Shown one piece after another: positions 9,760 to 18,787 of a stretch of DNA of 53,189 nucleotides (positions are counted from its first letter, which is position 1; the number at the start of each line of letters is the position of its first letter). The notes below the pieces were generated by a model. It searched no databases. It worked only from the letters and a program-made list of their open reading frames with translations, and was not told the DNA's origin. Source of the DNA: a virus (taxonomy: Duplodnaviria; Caudoviricetes); IMG/VR virus record IMGVR_UViG_3300025769_000160, positions 1 to 53,189 of that record; one strand, given 5' to 3'. A program made the translations under genes and the position numbers.

Positions 9760-11288
9760 TACATTCTAGCTCCCGGTGTAAATTCTAATGAAAATCCTTT
9801 TAAAGTATAAGTAGGATTTGTACTTGTATCTGTAAACTTTAGTGCCAATGCAAAGCCTGAACCTTCTACAGATTGGCGGTACAGGGGTGTGTATATTGCT
9901 GCGCCATATTCGGCTGTATTCATTATAGCACTGCCATAAAAAGCAGACCCCGCAGGATCAAGAAGATCATACAGTGCAGGGCTAGGCAAAAGAATATCTC
10001 CATAGTCATATTCAAGATTCATGTCTACACCAGCTACAGTGCCTGTTCCAAGATAGTTTATAACTACCCTTTGCATATTTTTTCTTATTCCTACATCACC
10101 CATATTGTAATCAATTGTTCTGTAAGTACAGGCCATTGTTACGCCATCAAAAGTGCTTCCATTTTCTTGTTGATATACGTAGCCATTATCAAAGTCCCCG
10201 TGAAGAACAGTGTCTTGATTAGATATGTTTCCATGAGCAGCACTCATAGGTTTAATGCCCTTTAGATCAGCATACTCCCAACCAATTTGACCTGTATCCG
10301 TACCTCTCTTTAGAACAGCCATAAGACCTGTAGAGTTAGCATCTGTAGCTGCACCGCTAGGATAGTATATTCTGTATTGACTTTTTCCGCGTATGACATG
10401 CGAGGAGATATTATCTATTTGACCCGCATTTAAACTAATTAACCTTGCCTGAACTTGCTTAGAAATCGTCCCTAGCTCCGTATCGCCAATCTTTTCAGTA
10501 CCCGCGATAGTTCTTAAGCCGTCAGGAGCAAGGTAGATAAGATCACCTCCTATTTCTTGAATGCTAAAACGAGAAGAACAGCCTATGTTTCTTGTAACCG
10601 GCTGCAGCACAAAGTCTGCTACACTAGAACCGGCTAACCTGTATATGCTGTCTTTACAAAAAATAACCAAAGTTTCACGAAATTTTGCTAATCCTACAAT
10701 TTCATCTCCCACAGATATCTGCCCTGCGCCAGAAGCAACACTGAAATCATTTTCACTGTAAGGTGCGCTAAACTGGACTAAGTGTCTGTTATTAGTCATA
10801 CCCGAAAAGAATAGGTGGTTTTTATGCTCCACAACAACTTCAGGTGCCGCAGGTTTAGTTCCTGCTCCAGAACCTGCACCTCCTGTTAAAGGTAGGTAAG
10901 TGTTTCCATCATACGTGGCGGCATCGTTAGCTCCGTCAGCCATTGCAATTTTTTCTGTACCCGTCCAGTTATAAACGGAGAAAGAGTAACGTTCTGCATC
11001 AGAACGATTGCTAGCGATAGAAGTCCATCCAGAGCCTGAACTAAACATCACGTTAGCGCCCCGTGCAGCAACTACTTTATCATTCCATACTGCTATACCA
11101 AGTATTCCGCCTGAGCCAGTAACCTGATTATCATCAAACTTAGTAAACCCAAGAATTTTAGAGTAGCCTCCAGTTACAGAAGGTTCATAGTTTTCAAGAG
11201 TCACTGCTTCTCCGGGCTTTGCAACAAAAACACTTTTGTCAAGAACAAGACCGCCATCGCAGTTTACAGGAAAGGCTTGTATGGGCAT
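9759..11288 (-). CDS. Tail nozzle / stabilization protein (tubular protein B-like)
   Basis: 509 aa with beta-propeller-like motifs (GGL..., NYEP..GGY, IGCSSRFSIQEIGGDLIYLAPDGLR); between adaptor and fibre. Confidence 0.8.
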   Translation of the reverse strand: MPIQAFPVNCDGGLVLDKSVFVAKPGEAVTLENYEPSVTGGYSKILGFTKFDDNQVTGSGGILGIAVWNDKVVAARGANVMFSSGSGWTSIASNRSDAERYSFSVYNWTGTEKIAMADGANDAATYDGNTYLPLTGGAGSGAGTKPAAPEVVVEHKNHLFFSGMTNNRHLVQFSAPYSENDFSVASGAGQISVGDEIVGLAKFRETLVIFCKDSIYRLAGSSVADFVLQPVTRNIGCSSRFSIQEIGGDLIYLAPDGLRTIAGTEKIGDTELGTISKQVQARLISLNAGQIDNISSHVIRGKSQYRIYYPSGAATDANSTGLMAVLKRGTDTGQIGWEYADLKGIKPMSAAHGNISNQDTVLHGDFDNGYVYQQENGSTFDGVTMACTYRTIDYNMGDVGIRKNMQRVVINYLGTGTVAGVDMNLEYDYGDILLPSPALYDLLDPAGSAFYGSAIMNTAEYGAAIYTPLYRQSVEGSGFALALKFTDTSTNPTYTLKGFSLEFTPGARM

Positions 11289-12661
11289 TAAACGGCTCTC
11301 ATATAGTCTTTTTGATTAAGAAGCTCTGTTTTCATTCTGCGGATACCATTCTCATAGTCTCTAAATGCAAACTGTGCAGCTTGATCGTTACCTCTAAGAA
11401 TATGTACGTAGTATTTTACACGGGCTACAATTACATCTTGATACCTTAGAGGGATTTTTGGAGTGTCATTAAATAGAGACAATTCTGCAGAAGAGTCATA
11501 GAAATCAAACTCAACCTCATACTGAGTGTTTTCAGGTATCGGAGTAACTCCAAATGCAACATCACTCCTGATGCGGTATACGCAATCAGGCGCACCAAAC
11601 CCACTATCGGGGGATGAAAGGGATAAGAACTCACTTTGCCTGTAGGAAGAATGATACCTACCTAATCCTTCATGGTACTCTTCATAAGATTTATACTTTA
11701 GAGGTTTTGCTGAAGCGTCCTCTTCAAATACTTCTATAAAATCTATATCAAGATTTTGAGATGCAGTATTGCTAAGACTTATGAAAGTCTGCTGAGTTGA
11801 TGCAGTAAACCTAGCCGTTTTTATTTCTCCAGCGCCAACATTTGAAATAGTAAATGTTGTGGATAAATCAGAATCTTTATCGCTGCTAGAACCAGCAAAA
11901 ACATTAAGAGTTTCAGAAGTAGCTGAAGAACTGCCCGAAGATATTCTTGCAGTAATTCTATATGATCTATTTTCTACTGTAGGTATGGCCTGATCAACGC
12001 AACCAGCGTTTAGCCGAAGAACACCCGCTGCGTATCCGCCATTGCCGCTAATGTCATTACTAACCGCTGGAGTGCCTCCTGTGCTAGTACCTGCAGGGTC
12101 AGAACTACGGCTAGACCAGTAAGAGCCAAGAGTAATTGTCTTGTCAAACTCTCCCTCTTTAATGAGGTTCTGTGGGCGCAGAAAAAACCCATCATAGTCT
12201 ACATCAGTGCAGAAAGTAACAACTCCAGAGGTAGCCGTGCGGGTAGAAGATACGCCTGTTATAGTTTCTGCTGCCTGAAACTCTCCTTCAATAGGTTCTA
12301 TAAGCATGTACTGCTCATCTGAATGACCACCATGCGGAGGTACTCTTCGTAGAATACCCTTTGCAGAGGACGTTCCTCCTGTAACAACCTCGTTGAGGGT
12401 GAAGGCTCCGCTAACACTAGAAACTACTACCTTTACAGGGTATTTATACTGACCTGTACCGCCAAAGAGAGTGTACCTCGCACTGTGGAAATGCCAAGGC
12501 CACTGAATGTACTCGGCATCTATATCGCGTATGGCTTTATTAATGCCTACTTTAACTGTGGTCTGTACACCTCTTGTGCCGGACAAACCTGCAGCAGTTT
12601 CTGCAACAGTTGTTTCGTTTATATCGAACAGAACAGAGTTTATTAATTCTACATAATTCAT
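11288..12661 (-). CDS. Head-tail adaptor (tubular protein A-like) with a large central insertion
   Basis: Adaptor-type N-terminus (MNYVELINSVL..INE...INKAIRDI...WPW) and C-terminus (TPIP..Y.VEFDFY...DTPKIP.RYQDVIV) flank about 240 aa of beta-rich sequence. Confidence 0.7.
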   Translation of the reverse strand: MNYVELINSVLFDINETTVAETAAGLSGTRGVQTTVKVGINKAIRDIDAEYIQWPWHFHSARYTLFGGTGQYKYPVKVVVSSVSGAFTLNEVVTGGTSSAKGILRRVPPHGGHSDEQYMLIEPIEGEFQAAETITGVSSTRTATSGVVTFCTDVDYDGFFLRPQNLIKEGEFDKTITLGSYWSSRSSDPAGTSTGGTPAVSNDISGNGGYAAGVLRLNAGCVDQAIPTVENRSYRITARISSGSSSATSETLNVFAGSSSDKDSDLSTTFTISNVGAGEIKTARFTASTQQTFISLSNTASQNLDIDFIEVFEEDASAKPLKYKSYEEYHEGLGRYHSSYRQSEFLSLSSPDSGFGAPDCVYRIRSDVAFGVTPIPENTQYEVEFDFYDSSAELSLFNDTPKIPLRYQDVIVARVKYYVHILRGNDQAAQFAFRDYENGIRRMKTELLNQKDYMRAV

Positions 12662-12668
12662 GGTTTGC

Positions 12669-13022
12669 CTAACTGTTAGCTAAAAATAATTCATCTATAG
12701 ATAGCACCGCTTCTAGCCTATTAGCAGTTTCTGCTGTAAGTTTAATAGCGTCTCCCTCATTCAAATTTAAATCTAAATCTAGAATAAGGTAGCTATGTGA
12801 AGCTATTGCAAATTCATTTACAATAGAGTATGTAGCACTCGCACTAGCATCGGTTATCTGTACGGTAATGTCCGTTTGATGTCCTGAGGTTTGGGCTATA
12901 ACAATTTTTTTTAATACAGCATCGTGACCAGCAGGAACGGTGTAGACTGTTGTTTGATCTGTGCTGCTAAGAGCAACCCCTGCATTTCTTAGTCGAACTG
13001 GACGGGCTAGTGCGTTTGTCAA
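12669..13022 (-). CDS. Small beta-rich virion protein
   Basis: 117 aa with TTVYTVPAG...LNEGD.IK pattern common in phage structural modules. Confidence 0.6.
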   Translation of the reverse strand: MTNALARPVRLRNAGVALSSTDQTTVYTVPAGHDAVLKKIVIAQTSGHQTDITVQITDASASATYSIVNEFAIASHSYLILDLDLNLNEGDAIKLTAETANRLEAVLSIDELFLANS

Positions 13023-13336
13023 GAGTCTATCCCCTTAGTTTTTTTTATAGCGGGTGCAAAATTAGTCCCAATAGAGGACACGCATTCAACATCAGGGTTG
13101 ATGTCGGCTACTCCCGTTAACGTGTAGCTTTTAGTTTCAGGGTTTATATACATTGTAAAAGTTATGCTGTATTGAAAATCTCTGAAAGAAAATGCAGGAT
13201 ACTCTCCAATACTTTCAGCTTGAATTTTAATAGTACCTATAGGAAAACAAAGGTTAGAAGCCTCTTGCGATTGGCTTGGTTTTACCGCTATAAAAACCAT
13301 TGCAAAAAAAAGCAACGCCGCCGAAATCCGCTTCAT
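13019..13336 (-). CDS. Secreted/periplasmic protein with signal peptide and Cys pair
   Basis: MKR, hydrophobic core and a plausible cleavage region; YINPET.SYT motif; two Cys. Confidence 0.6.
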   Translation of the reverse strand: MKRISAALLFFAMVFIAVKPSQSQEASNLCFPIGTIKIQAESIGEYPAFSFRDFQYSITFTMYINPETKSYTLTGVADINPDVECVSSIGTNFAPAIKKTKGIDS

Positions 13337-13337
13337 A

Positions 13338-13973
13338 TCACATACCCCAAGCTTTCTTTAAATACATCTGAACAAGCGTTGATTTTGTAAACATGCTCTT
13401 TTGAGTTTCCATGAGATAAGCATTTACCTCATACATATTTTGCAAAATAAAAGACTGTTCGTAAGATACATTAGAGGACATCCATCCAATTATGTTTTGT
13501 CTAAAACCTTTAGTGACCTTCCCTACTCCATGAGGGTATATGATAGGAAATATTACAGCTTCACCTGCACCTAGCTTTTTACCTATCCTGCCTACTGAAG
13601 TATCTAAAATAAATTCTCCACCTTCGTAATCGTCTGATAAATTTACGCTCCACCCATAGTCAAAGAATACATTTTTTGATTTAGGGTTAGCCTTAAAAGA
13701 ATCTACGTGTAAATCGTAGTAGTCGTCTTTAAAATATTTGTTATAAAAGTTTACTGATACTCTAGTAGGGCAATACACGCTGTCTATATAGTGAGTATCG
13801 TAAAATTTGTCTGTAATGAGTTTTCTAACTTCATCTGGAACGCTGTTAGACTCTTGATTGCTTTTTATGCTTTCTAAGTCAGCGGCAGTCTCTTTTCCGC
13901 TTTTGTACGTGTTACTATCTATTTTGTCCAAACAAAAATTTACTTCATCTTTAGTAAGTAGCTTGATAAACAT
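13338..13973 (-). CDS. PKHD-type 2OG-Fe(II) hydroxylase (PiuC/YbiX-like)
   Basis: G..TA..IK.N.E, YNKY...YDLHVD (HxD), DYEGGEF, IFP..YPHGV.KVT.G.R..IIGW. Confidence 0.85.
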   Translation of the reverse strand: MFIKLLTKDEVNFCLDKIDSNTYKSGKETAADLESIKSNQESNSVPDEVRKLITDKFYDTHYIDSVYCPTRVSVNFYNKYFKDDYYDLHVDSFKANPKSKNVFFDYGWSVNLSDDYEGGEFILDTSVGRIGKKLGAGEAVIFPIIYPHGVGKVTKGFRQNIIGWMSSNVSYEQSFILQNMYEVNAYLMETQKSMFTKSTLVQMYLKKAWGM

Positions 13974-14008
13974 ATGACCTCCATCAATTCAATATCATAG
14001 CAAGAAGG

Positions 14009-14033
14009 GTGGGGTTTTTAAAAGGAACCCCAC
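14009..14033 (-). terminator. Hairpin downstream of the capsid genes (possible attenuating terminator or processing site)
   Basis: GTGGGGTT (14009-14016) pairs with AACCCCAC (14026-14033); only a weak U-tract follows. Confidence 0.5.
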
Positions 14034-14050
14034 AGAAACCTTTAGTACAT

Positions 14051-14530
14051 TTACGTACCCGACGAAACCGTAGCCGCTTCCGTAAGCGGGTTGCGAGAAA
14101 TGTCAACCAAGCAAACGTGAACGCGGAAACGAGCAGCACTTTCACCAGACGAACCAGCATCAAGGATGAGGGCGTCAATCGTGTCAGCACTTGTTAGGAT
14201 ACGAGCGTTAGCCCCGGAAGCCCCAACAGCGGCTTCAAGGAACGGTGTAAAGCCAGCAGCAAGCACAGAACCGTCAACAAAACAGTCTACGTCACCACCA
14301 GTAATACCGATATCCAGAGTAACCTGAGCATTACCACGCGCTTCAAGAACTTCAAGCGCACCGGCAATAATCATGCTATCCGCAGGAACGTCAACCAACT
14401 GGACGACATCTCCACCCGCACCGCCATCGGCAGTGTCGTGGACCTGCGAAGTGATCACATAAGGAGTAGGCATACGCGAAGGATGACCAACGGTCCCACC
14501 TCCGGTAATAGTACGATCAATAGTAGCCAT
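14051..14530 (-). CDS. Capsid decoration / minor capsid protein
   Basis: 159 aa, beta-rich, immediately downstream of the capsid gene, strong GGAGG RBS, similar GC-richer codon usage. Confidence 0.7.
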   Translation of the reverse strand: MATIDRTITGGGTVGHPSRMPTPYVITSQVHDTADGGAGGDVVQLVDVPADSMIIAGALEVLEARGNAQVTLDIGITGGDVDCFVDGSVLAAGFTPFLEAAVGASGANARILTSADTIDALILDAGSSGESAARFRVHVCLVDISRNPLTEAATVSSGT

Positions 14531-14546
14531 AAGTTATGTCCTCCCC

Positions 14547-15521
14547 TTAGCTGTAATCTACAATGCCGAGGCAGAGAGCCTCTGGACGAATGACCTTACG
14601 GCCATAAACGTGCAGACCGCGAACCACATCCGAGAACGAATCGGGATCGCGAATAACTTCTGTCTTAGCAATTGAGTTGGCAGTCGCCATGCCGGAAATG
14701 TGACCAGCAAGAACAATGTTCTCACCAGTACCAACGCCGGAAAGCGATACCATGTCGGTCGTAGTCGTAGCATCCGCCGACTGACGGAGTGCATTTGACT
14801 TGTAGAGGCTGAAGCCCATAATCTTCTGGTTCGTAACCAGACCATTACGGAGCGGGGAACTAGCGTCACCCGTTACCTGAACTTCAACGATCTTCGCACC
14901 CGCTTTGTACAGGTTTTCATAGACACGCGGGGGCGCTACAAACCAACGGTTCTCTTCAGGAACGTCCTGCTCATCGAGCTTACGAGCCATAAGAGCCATA
15001 AGGTTTACAACGTCATCACCGGCATCGGAACCAGTAACCGTAACTGGAGTACCTGAAGTACCAAGATTGGAATCGGTTTCAACCGTGCCAGAAGCACCCT
15101 TGATACCCGCATTGTCAATCATGGCCTGAAGTACGTTCTTGTCGTAGTTACGTTTCAGCGAAAACGCACCTGAAGAGGTGGCAAGCGCCTCAAAGTTCAC
15201 ATGCGACTGACGCTCTTCGATGTCATCCACCTTAAACGCAAACGCCTGTGCCTGATCTACCGTCAACTGGATTTCGTCATCTGCCAAGTCCTGCGGCGTA
15301 ACCACAGAGCCTCGCGAGTATGCGGAAATCGTAACGGTAGGTTCTTTCATAATCCGAACCGTGTCACCAAAGTTCTCAATTTCTCCTGCGTAGTCAGTAT
15401 TGGTAATGTCTTCGACTACCGACGCACGGCGGAAAAACTTAAGAACCTTTTGGCTATAGATTTCGGCCTGAAAATTACCGGTAGGTAGATTACCATAACC
15501 GGCTGATACGGAAACAGCCAT
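14547..15521 (-). CDS. Major capsid protein
   Basis: GNF.AEIYSQKVL.FFR..SV...ITN.DY.GEI..FGDTV.I, VPEENRW.V.P, EVIRDPDSF.D.VRGLHVYG.KV.RPEAL. Confidence 0.93.
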   Translation of the reverse strand: MAVSVSAGYGNLPTGNFQAEIYSQKVLKFFRRASVVEDITNTDYAGEIENFGDTVRIMKEPTVTISAYSRGSVVTPQDLADDEIQLTVDQAQAFAFKVDDIEERQSHVNFEALATSSGAFSLKRNYDKNVLQAMIDNAGIKGASGTVETDSNLGTSGTPVTVTGSDAGDDVVNLMALMARKLDEQDVPEENRWFVAPPRVYENLYKAGAKIVEVQVTGDASSPLRNGLVTNQKIMGFSLYKSNALRQSADATTTTDMVSLSGVGTGENIVLAGHISGMATANSIAKTEVIRDPDSFSDVVRGLHVYGRKVIRPEALCLGIVDYS

Positions 15522-15544
15522 ATCTCAAGTCCTTTCTTTATAGT

Positions 15545-16405
15545 CTATCTATTAACGATACGTCCCTCCGCTTGAGCCTGATCCAGTTCTGATTCAACTT
15601 TTTCAAATTCATGCGGTTTGAGTCTACGTATCTCTGAAGTAGTCCACACCTTTTTGTTTGCATTCGAGTCTGTAGCAACATTAATGCCTTTAGTCCTTGT
15701 TACGGCTTCTGCTGCTGCAGCCTGTTGTTTGCGAGGTCTGCCTACTTTTTTGTTTGAGCCAGTATCGGCCTTGTACAAGTCAAGAACGCGGGAAGCCCAT
15801 TTAACATCTTCCTTGTTCTTCGTGATACCATCTGAAAGGCTAGGTGGCTGCTCCTGAAGCCAAGAGGCAAACTTTTCAGACTTTTTAATTTCTGAGAAGT
15901 CAGGATGCAGGGCCAGCAATTGCTGATAAGCACTTTTAGCTTTTAGCTGCTCTTCCTTCCGAGAAAGATGCGAAACTTGTTCACGAAGTTCAGCAAGTTC
16001 TTTTTCAGCATTCTTAGCAGTAATCGCTTCAACTACATTATATACGTCAGGATAGTTTTCTTTAAAGTTCTCAATATTGGCGTCATATTCTGGCGCTTCT
16101 TGTTCTACGGGTTGAGAAACAAGCTGTTCCTTTTCCTCTCTCCACTCATGGAGTTTGGAGTCGTAGTGCTTCTTTAAATCATCATAACGTTTTTTGTAAT
16201 CATGCTCCTCCGTCTGCACTTCAGAATTATTCTGAGAGGGCTGAACGGAAATGGTTTCATCGTCAAACTGGTTAGTGTCTTCAGCGTCTTCCTCTAGGGT
16301 AGCTTCCGGGTCAACTACTTCATCGTCCTTGTACACATCAGATTTGTAGCTGCCTTTATAAGGGCCTAGTTTCTCATCTTCTTTAGCTTGTACTTCTTTA
16401 GTCAT
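15545..16405 (-). CDS. Capsid scaffolding protein
   Basis: Acidic N-terminus, YKKRYDDLKKH coiled-coil, HPDF..I, C-terminal EI..L...EF...E.E...A..EGRI; directly upstream of the capsid gene; AAGGAGG RBS. Confidence 0.88.
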   Translation of the reverse strand: MTKEVQAKEDEKLGPYKGSYKSDVYKDDEVVDPEATLEEDAEDTNQFDDETISVQPSQNNSEVQTEEHDYKKRYDDLKKHYDSKLHEWREEKEQLVSQPVEQEAPEYDANIENFKENYPDVYNVVEAITAKNAEKELAELREQVSHLSRKEEQLKAKSAYQQLLALHPDFSEIKKSEKFASWLQEQPPSLSDGITKNKEDVKWASRVLDLYKADTGSNKKVGRPRKQQAAAAEAVTRTKGINVATDSNANKKVWTTSEIRRLKPHEFEKVESELDQAQAEGRIVNR

Positions 16406-16415
16406 TTTTCCTCCT

Positions 16416-16489
16416 TACGGGGCCTATAAAAGGGTAGCCGCAGTTGGGTTTGGTACTACGCAGGGCCGTTAATTAACGGGTAGCTGCAT
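16416..16489 (-). promoter_or_regulatory. Tandem structured RNA element in the scaffold 5' leader
   Basis: Two hairpins with an identical CUAC/CC internal loop and different but paired stems, adjoining the Shine-Dalgarno sequence. Confidence 0.7.
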
Positions 16490-16490
16490 C

Positions 16491-17987
16491 TTATTTTGCA
16501 ATGTACGTTGTCGTACTTGCATTTTCTTCCTTTCTCTGTAACTCTTTATCAGAGATTGGAGAAACTCTTGTCTCATTATTTTGAGACATAAAACTTTGTT
16601 GTTTCTCTAGCGCGAGAGGCGTTCCCCCTTCCGGGGAACTGTTGTTGGGGCTAGCGGGTTTTCTCTTGGGCAAAGGTACGGAATTAGGGGTGTATGTAGA
16701 CGACTCTGTATCCTTATAGACCGTATGGTTCCCTATGGTTTTGTAGATTTTTAATCTTCCTCTTTTGACCCCCTTGTCAAAAAAATCCTGACCATCCTTA
16801 GTTGACCCTGCCTTAGAATTTTTATTTCTATAGTAGGTGGAGCCTTCGGTAACGTCATCTAATTTACCTGAAATTTGCTTTTCGGCTATATCCACAGCCT
16901 CTTTCCAAACGGGGCTGTTAGGAGCATCGTTATACAGTTTATTATTATATCCTGTAAACTCATTACCCTTTCCACTAGGAAGCTTTGCGCTTATAACCTG
17001 ATCAAAAGTTTTTTGATTTTTAAAATTAGTTTTTGTATCGAAGAGACGATTTGCAACAACATTAGCTATAACTTGCATTCCTTCTTTACCCTCACCCCCA
17101 GCCTCTGAAACAAGAAGCCTCGCAAGATTATTTACTTCGGGATTTTTAACCCCATCAATACCTTTAGCACCACGCACAGGAATCTGCCTCTGACCCGGAC
17201 GGGCGGCTTGTTCCTGCTGCTGGGGCTGCTGTTCTTGCTGTTCCTTTAACTTTTTCTCTGTCTCTGCTTCGCCACGCTTGTTGATCTTTTCAAGCAAGTC
17301 CGTGCCAATCATTTCAGCTAACTCAGGGGGGATGTAATATTCTTTGTTAGACACAGCAATATCAACAGCACCATCAACCTGCTTAGAAGGAGATTTTAGT
17401 GAGGCTAGTTCTATGTTAACACCTTCCCTCTTAAGCTCTTCAATTGCGGGAGCAAGTATGCGCTTTTCAAAATCAAGCCGCCCTACTTTTGCTATTGCAG
17501 AGGCATTTATAATAAACGCCCCTTCAGGTGCATCCATAGGAACATCATCAGCTACACCCGTTTCATTTTCCGCTCCCGGCTGTTCAATCATACCAGCCAC
17601 CTGATCGCCAAGGGCTAATTGCTGCATCTGATTTTGTATGGGAGTAGCTTGCACTTCTCTTGCCCCCGGAGCAGTAACCTGACCCGGAAAGGCTGCAGGA
17701 TCGGAAACGTCAGGGTCAGGGTCAGGATCAGGGTCCATGCGATTGTCAAACTGCTGCATCTCCTGAAGGTTTCTCTCTCTCGGCAGTAGCGGAGGCTCCC
17801 CACCAACTTCCTCAGAAGGGGCTAACGGCGCTTGTTCTTCACCCATAGTAAGAGTAACACCCAAGCTAGCAGCAAAAGCTCTAAGCACAGGCGGCTCATT
17901 CTGTTCTATTAACTGCATAACCTGAGCTTGCTGTGCTTCAGCCATTTGCCCTACGTTACTTGTAAATTGATCTTGTGTTATTTCCAT
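16491..17987 (-). CDS. Putative virion protein with C-terminal SleB/Hydrolase_2 cell-wall hydrolase domain
   Basis: LARLLVSEAGGEG..GM..IANVVANR...EFTG...DVTEGSTYY...IGNHTVY. N-terminal part is Q/P-rich and carries G.ADDVPM.APEGAFIINA and VSNKEYYIPPE motifs. Confidence 0.82.
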   Translation of the reverse strand: MEITQDQFTSNVGQMAEAQQAQVMQLIEQNEPPVLRAFAASLGVTLTMGEEQAPLAPSEEVGGEPPLLPRERNLQEMQQFDNRMDPDPDPDPDVSDPAAFPGQVTAPGAREVQATPIQNQMQQLALGDQVAGMIEQPGAENETGVADDVPMDAPEGAFIINASAIAKVGRLDFEKRILAPAIEELKREGVNIELASLKSPSKQVDGAVDIAVSNKEYYIPPELAEMIGTDLLEKINKRGEAETEKKLKEQQEQQPQQQEQAARPGQRQIPVRGAKGIDGVKNPEVNNLARLLVSEAGGEGKEGMQVIANVVANRLFDTKTNFKNQKTFDQVISAKLPSGKGNEFTGYNNKLYNDAPNSPVWKEAVDIAEKQISGKLDDVTEGSTYYRNKNSKAGSTKDGQDFFDKGVKRGRLKIYKTIGNHTVYKDTESSTYTPNSVPLPKRKPASPNNSSPEGGTPLALEKQQSFMSQNNETRVSPISDKELQRKEENASTTTYIAK

Positions 17988-17998
17988 TATCTTTAACC

Positions 17999-18787
17999 TT
18001 AGTACTGTAGGTCTTGCTGATTTTTAGTATCAACGATTAAGTGAATACGATCTTCTCTTGAGTTATTTTCAGCCCAGTGTTTTAAGCCTGTGTTTAAGAA
18101 ATAAACCCTACCGTCATTTTTAAAATGTTCTGTTATCTTATTTCCATTACGATCTATAACACACATCAAGCAATCTTTATTAGTTATAAGAGGAATATGG
18201 TAGCGAGTGATATACGAAGGGTCATAATCTATATGAGGTTTAATTTTAAAATTGGGGGCTAAATTTGCAAACCTTACCCTCGCTAACGGTGCCTTGAAAC
18301 AATTTAAAACTTTTTTAATTTCTCCTTGAACAAGTTCATTTCTTATTCCGTAGTTATATTCATCAGCCTCTGGTAGATAGCTCGGATGATCTGGGTCTAA
18401 TCTTTTGCTTCTTTGAAAAATAGTCGTCTTATCGTAAGAGACATTTCCAGACCTTTTTGTTGAATCAAACTCAGTTAAATATAGCTGTTTATATTTTTTT
18501 CCTTGTAAGAAAGGAGCGCCGTCTTCTTTAAAAAACTTTTCCTTGCAATAAGAATTAGCGGCTGTAAAATCTTGCATACCTCTTTTAGTGTTAAAGTGTG
18601 AGGCTGGAATGTTTTTCCCCTTCACTAAAGGGTATTGAATAACATTTATATCTTTGTATTTTTCTGTATCAAAAAGTTTTTGTTTATGGCAGTAAGCAAT
18701 CAGAGCTTCAGTATCTACTTCAATATCTTTAACAACGCATACAGCCGGAAGCTCTTTTCTATTTTTTCTGGAGTAATTTGCTCTCAT
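17999..18787 (-). CDS. Aspartyl/asparaginyl beta-hydroxylase-family 2OG-Fe(II) oxygenase
   Basis: RVRFANLAP..IKPHID (HxD), RYHIPL.TN, YFLNTG..HWAEN...DRIHLIVD. Confidence 0.85.
   Translation of the reverse strand: MRANYSRKNRKELPAVCVVKDIEVDTEALIAYCHKQKLFDTEKYKDINVIQYPLVKGKNIPASHFNTKRGMQDFTAANSYCKEKFFKEDGAPFLQGKKYKQLYLTEFDSTKRSGNVSYDKTTIFQRSKRLDPDHPSYLPEADEYNYGIRNELVQGEIKKVLNCFKAPLARVRFANLAPNFKIKPHIDYDPSYITRYHIPLITNKDCLMCVIDRNGNKITEHFKNDGRVYFLNTGLKHWAENNSREDRIHLIVDTKNQQDLQY

Noticed and set aside
17711-17735. GGGTCA hexamer repeat
   Set aside because: Encodes a PDPDPD linker within the hydrolase protein.
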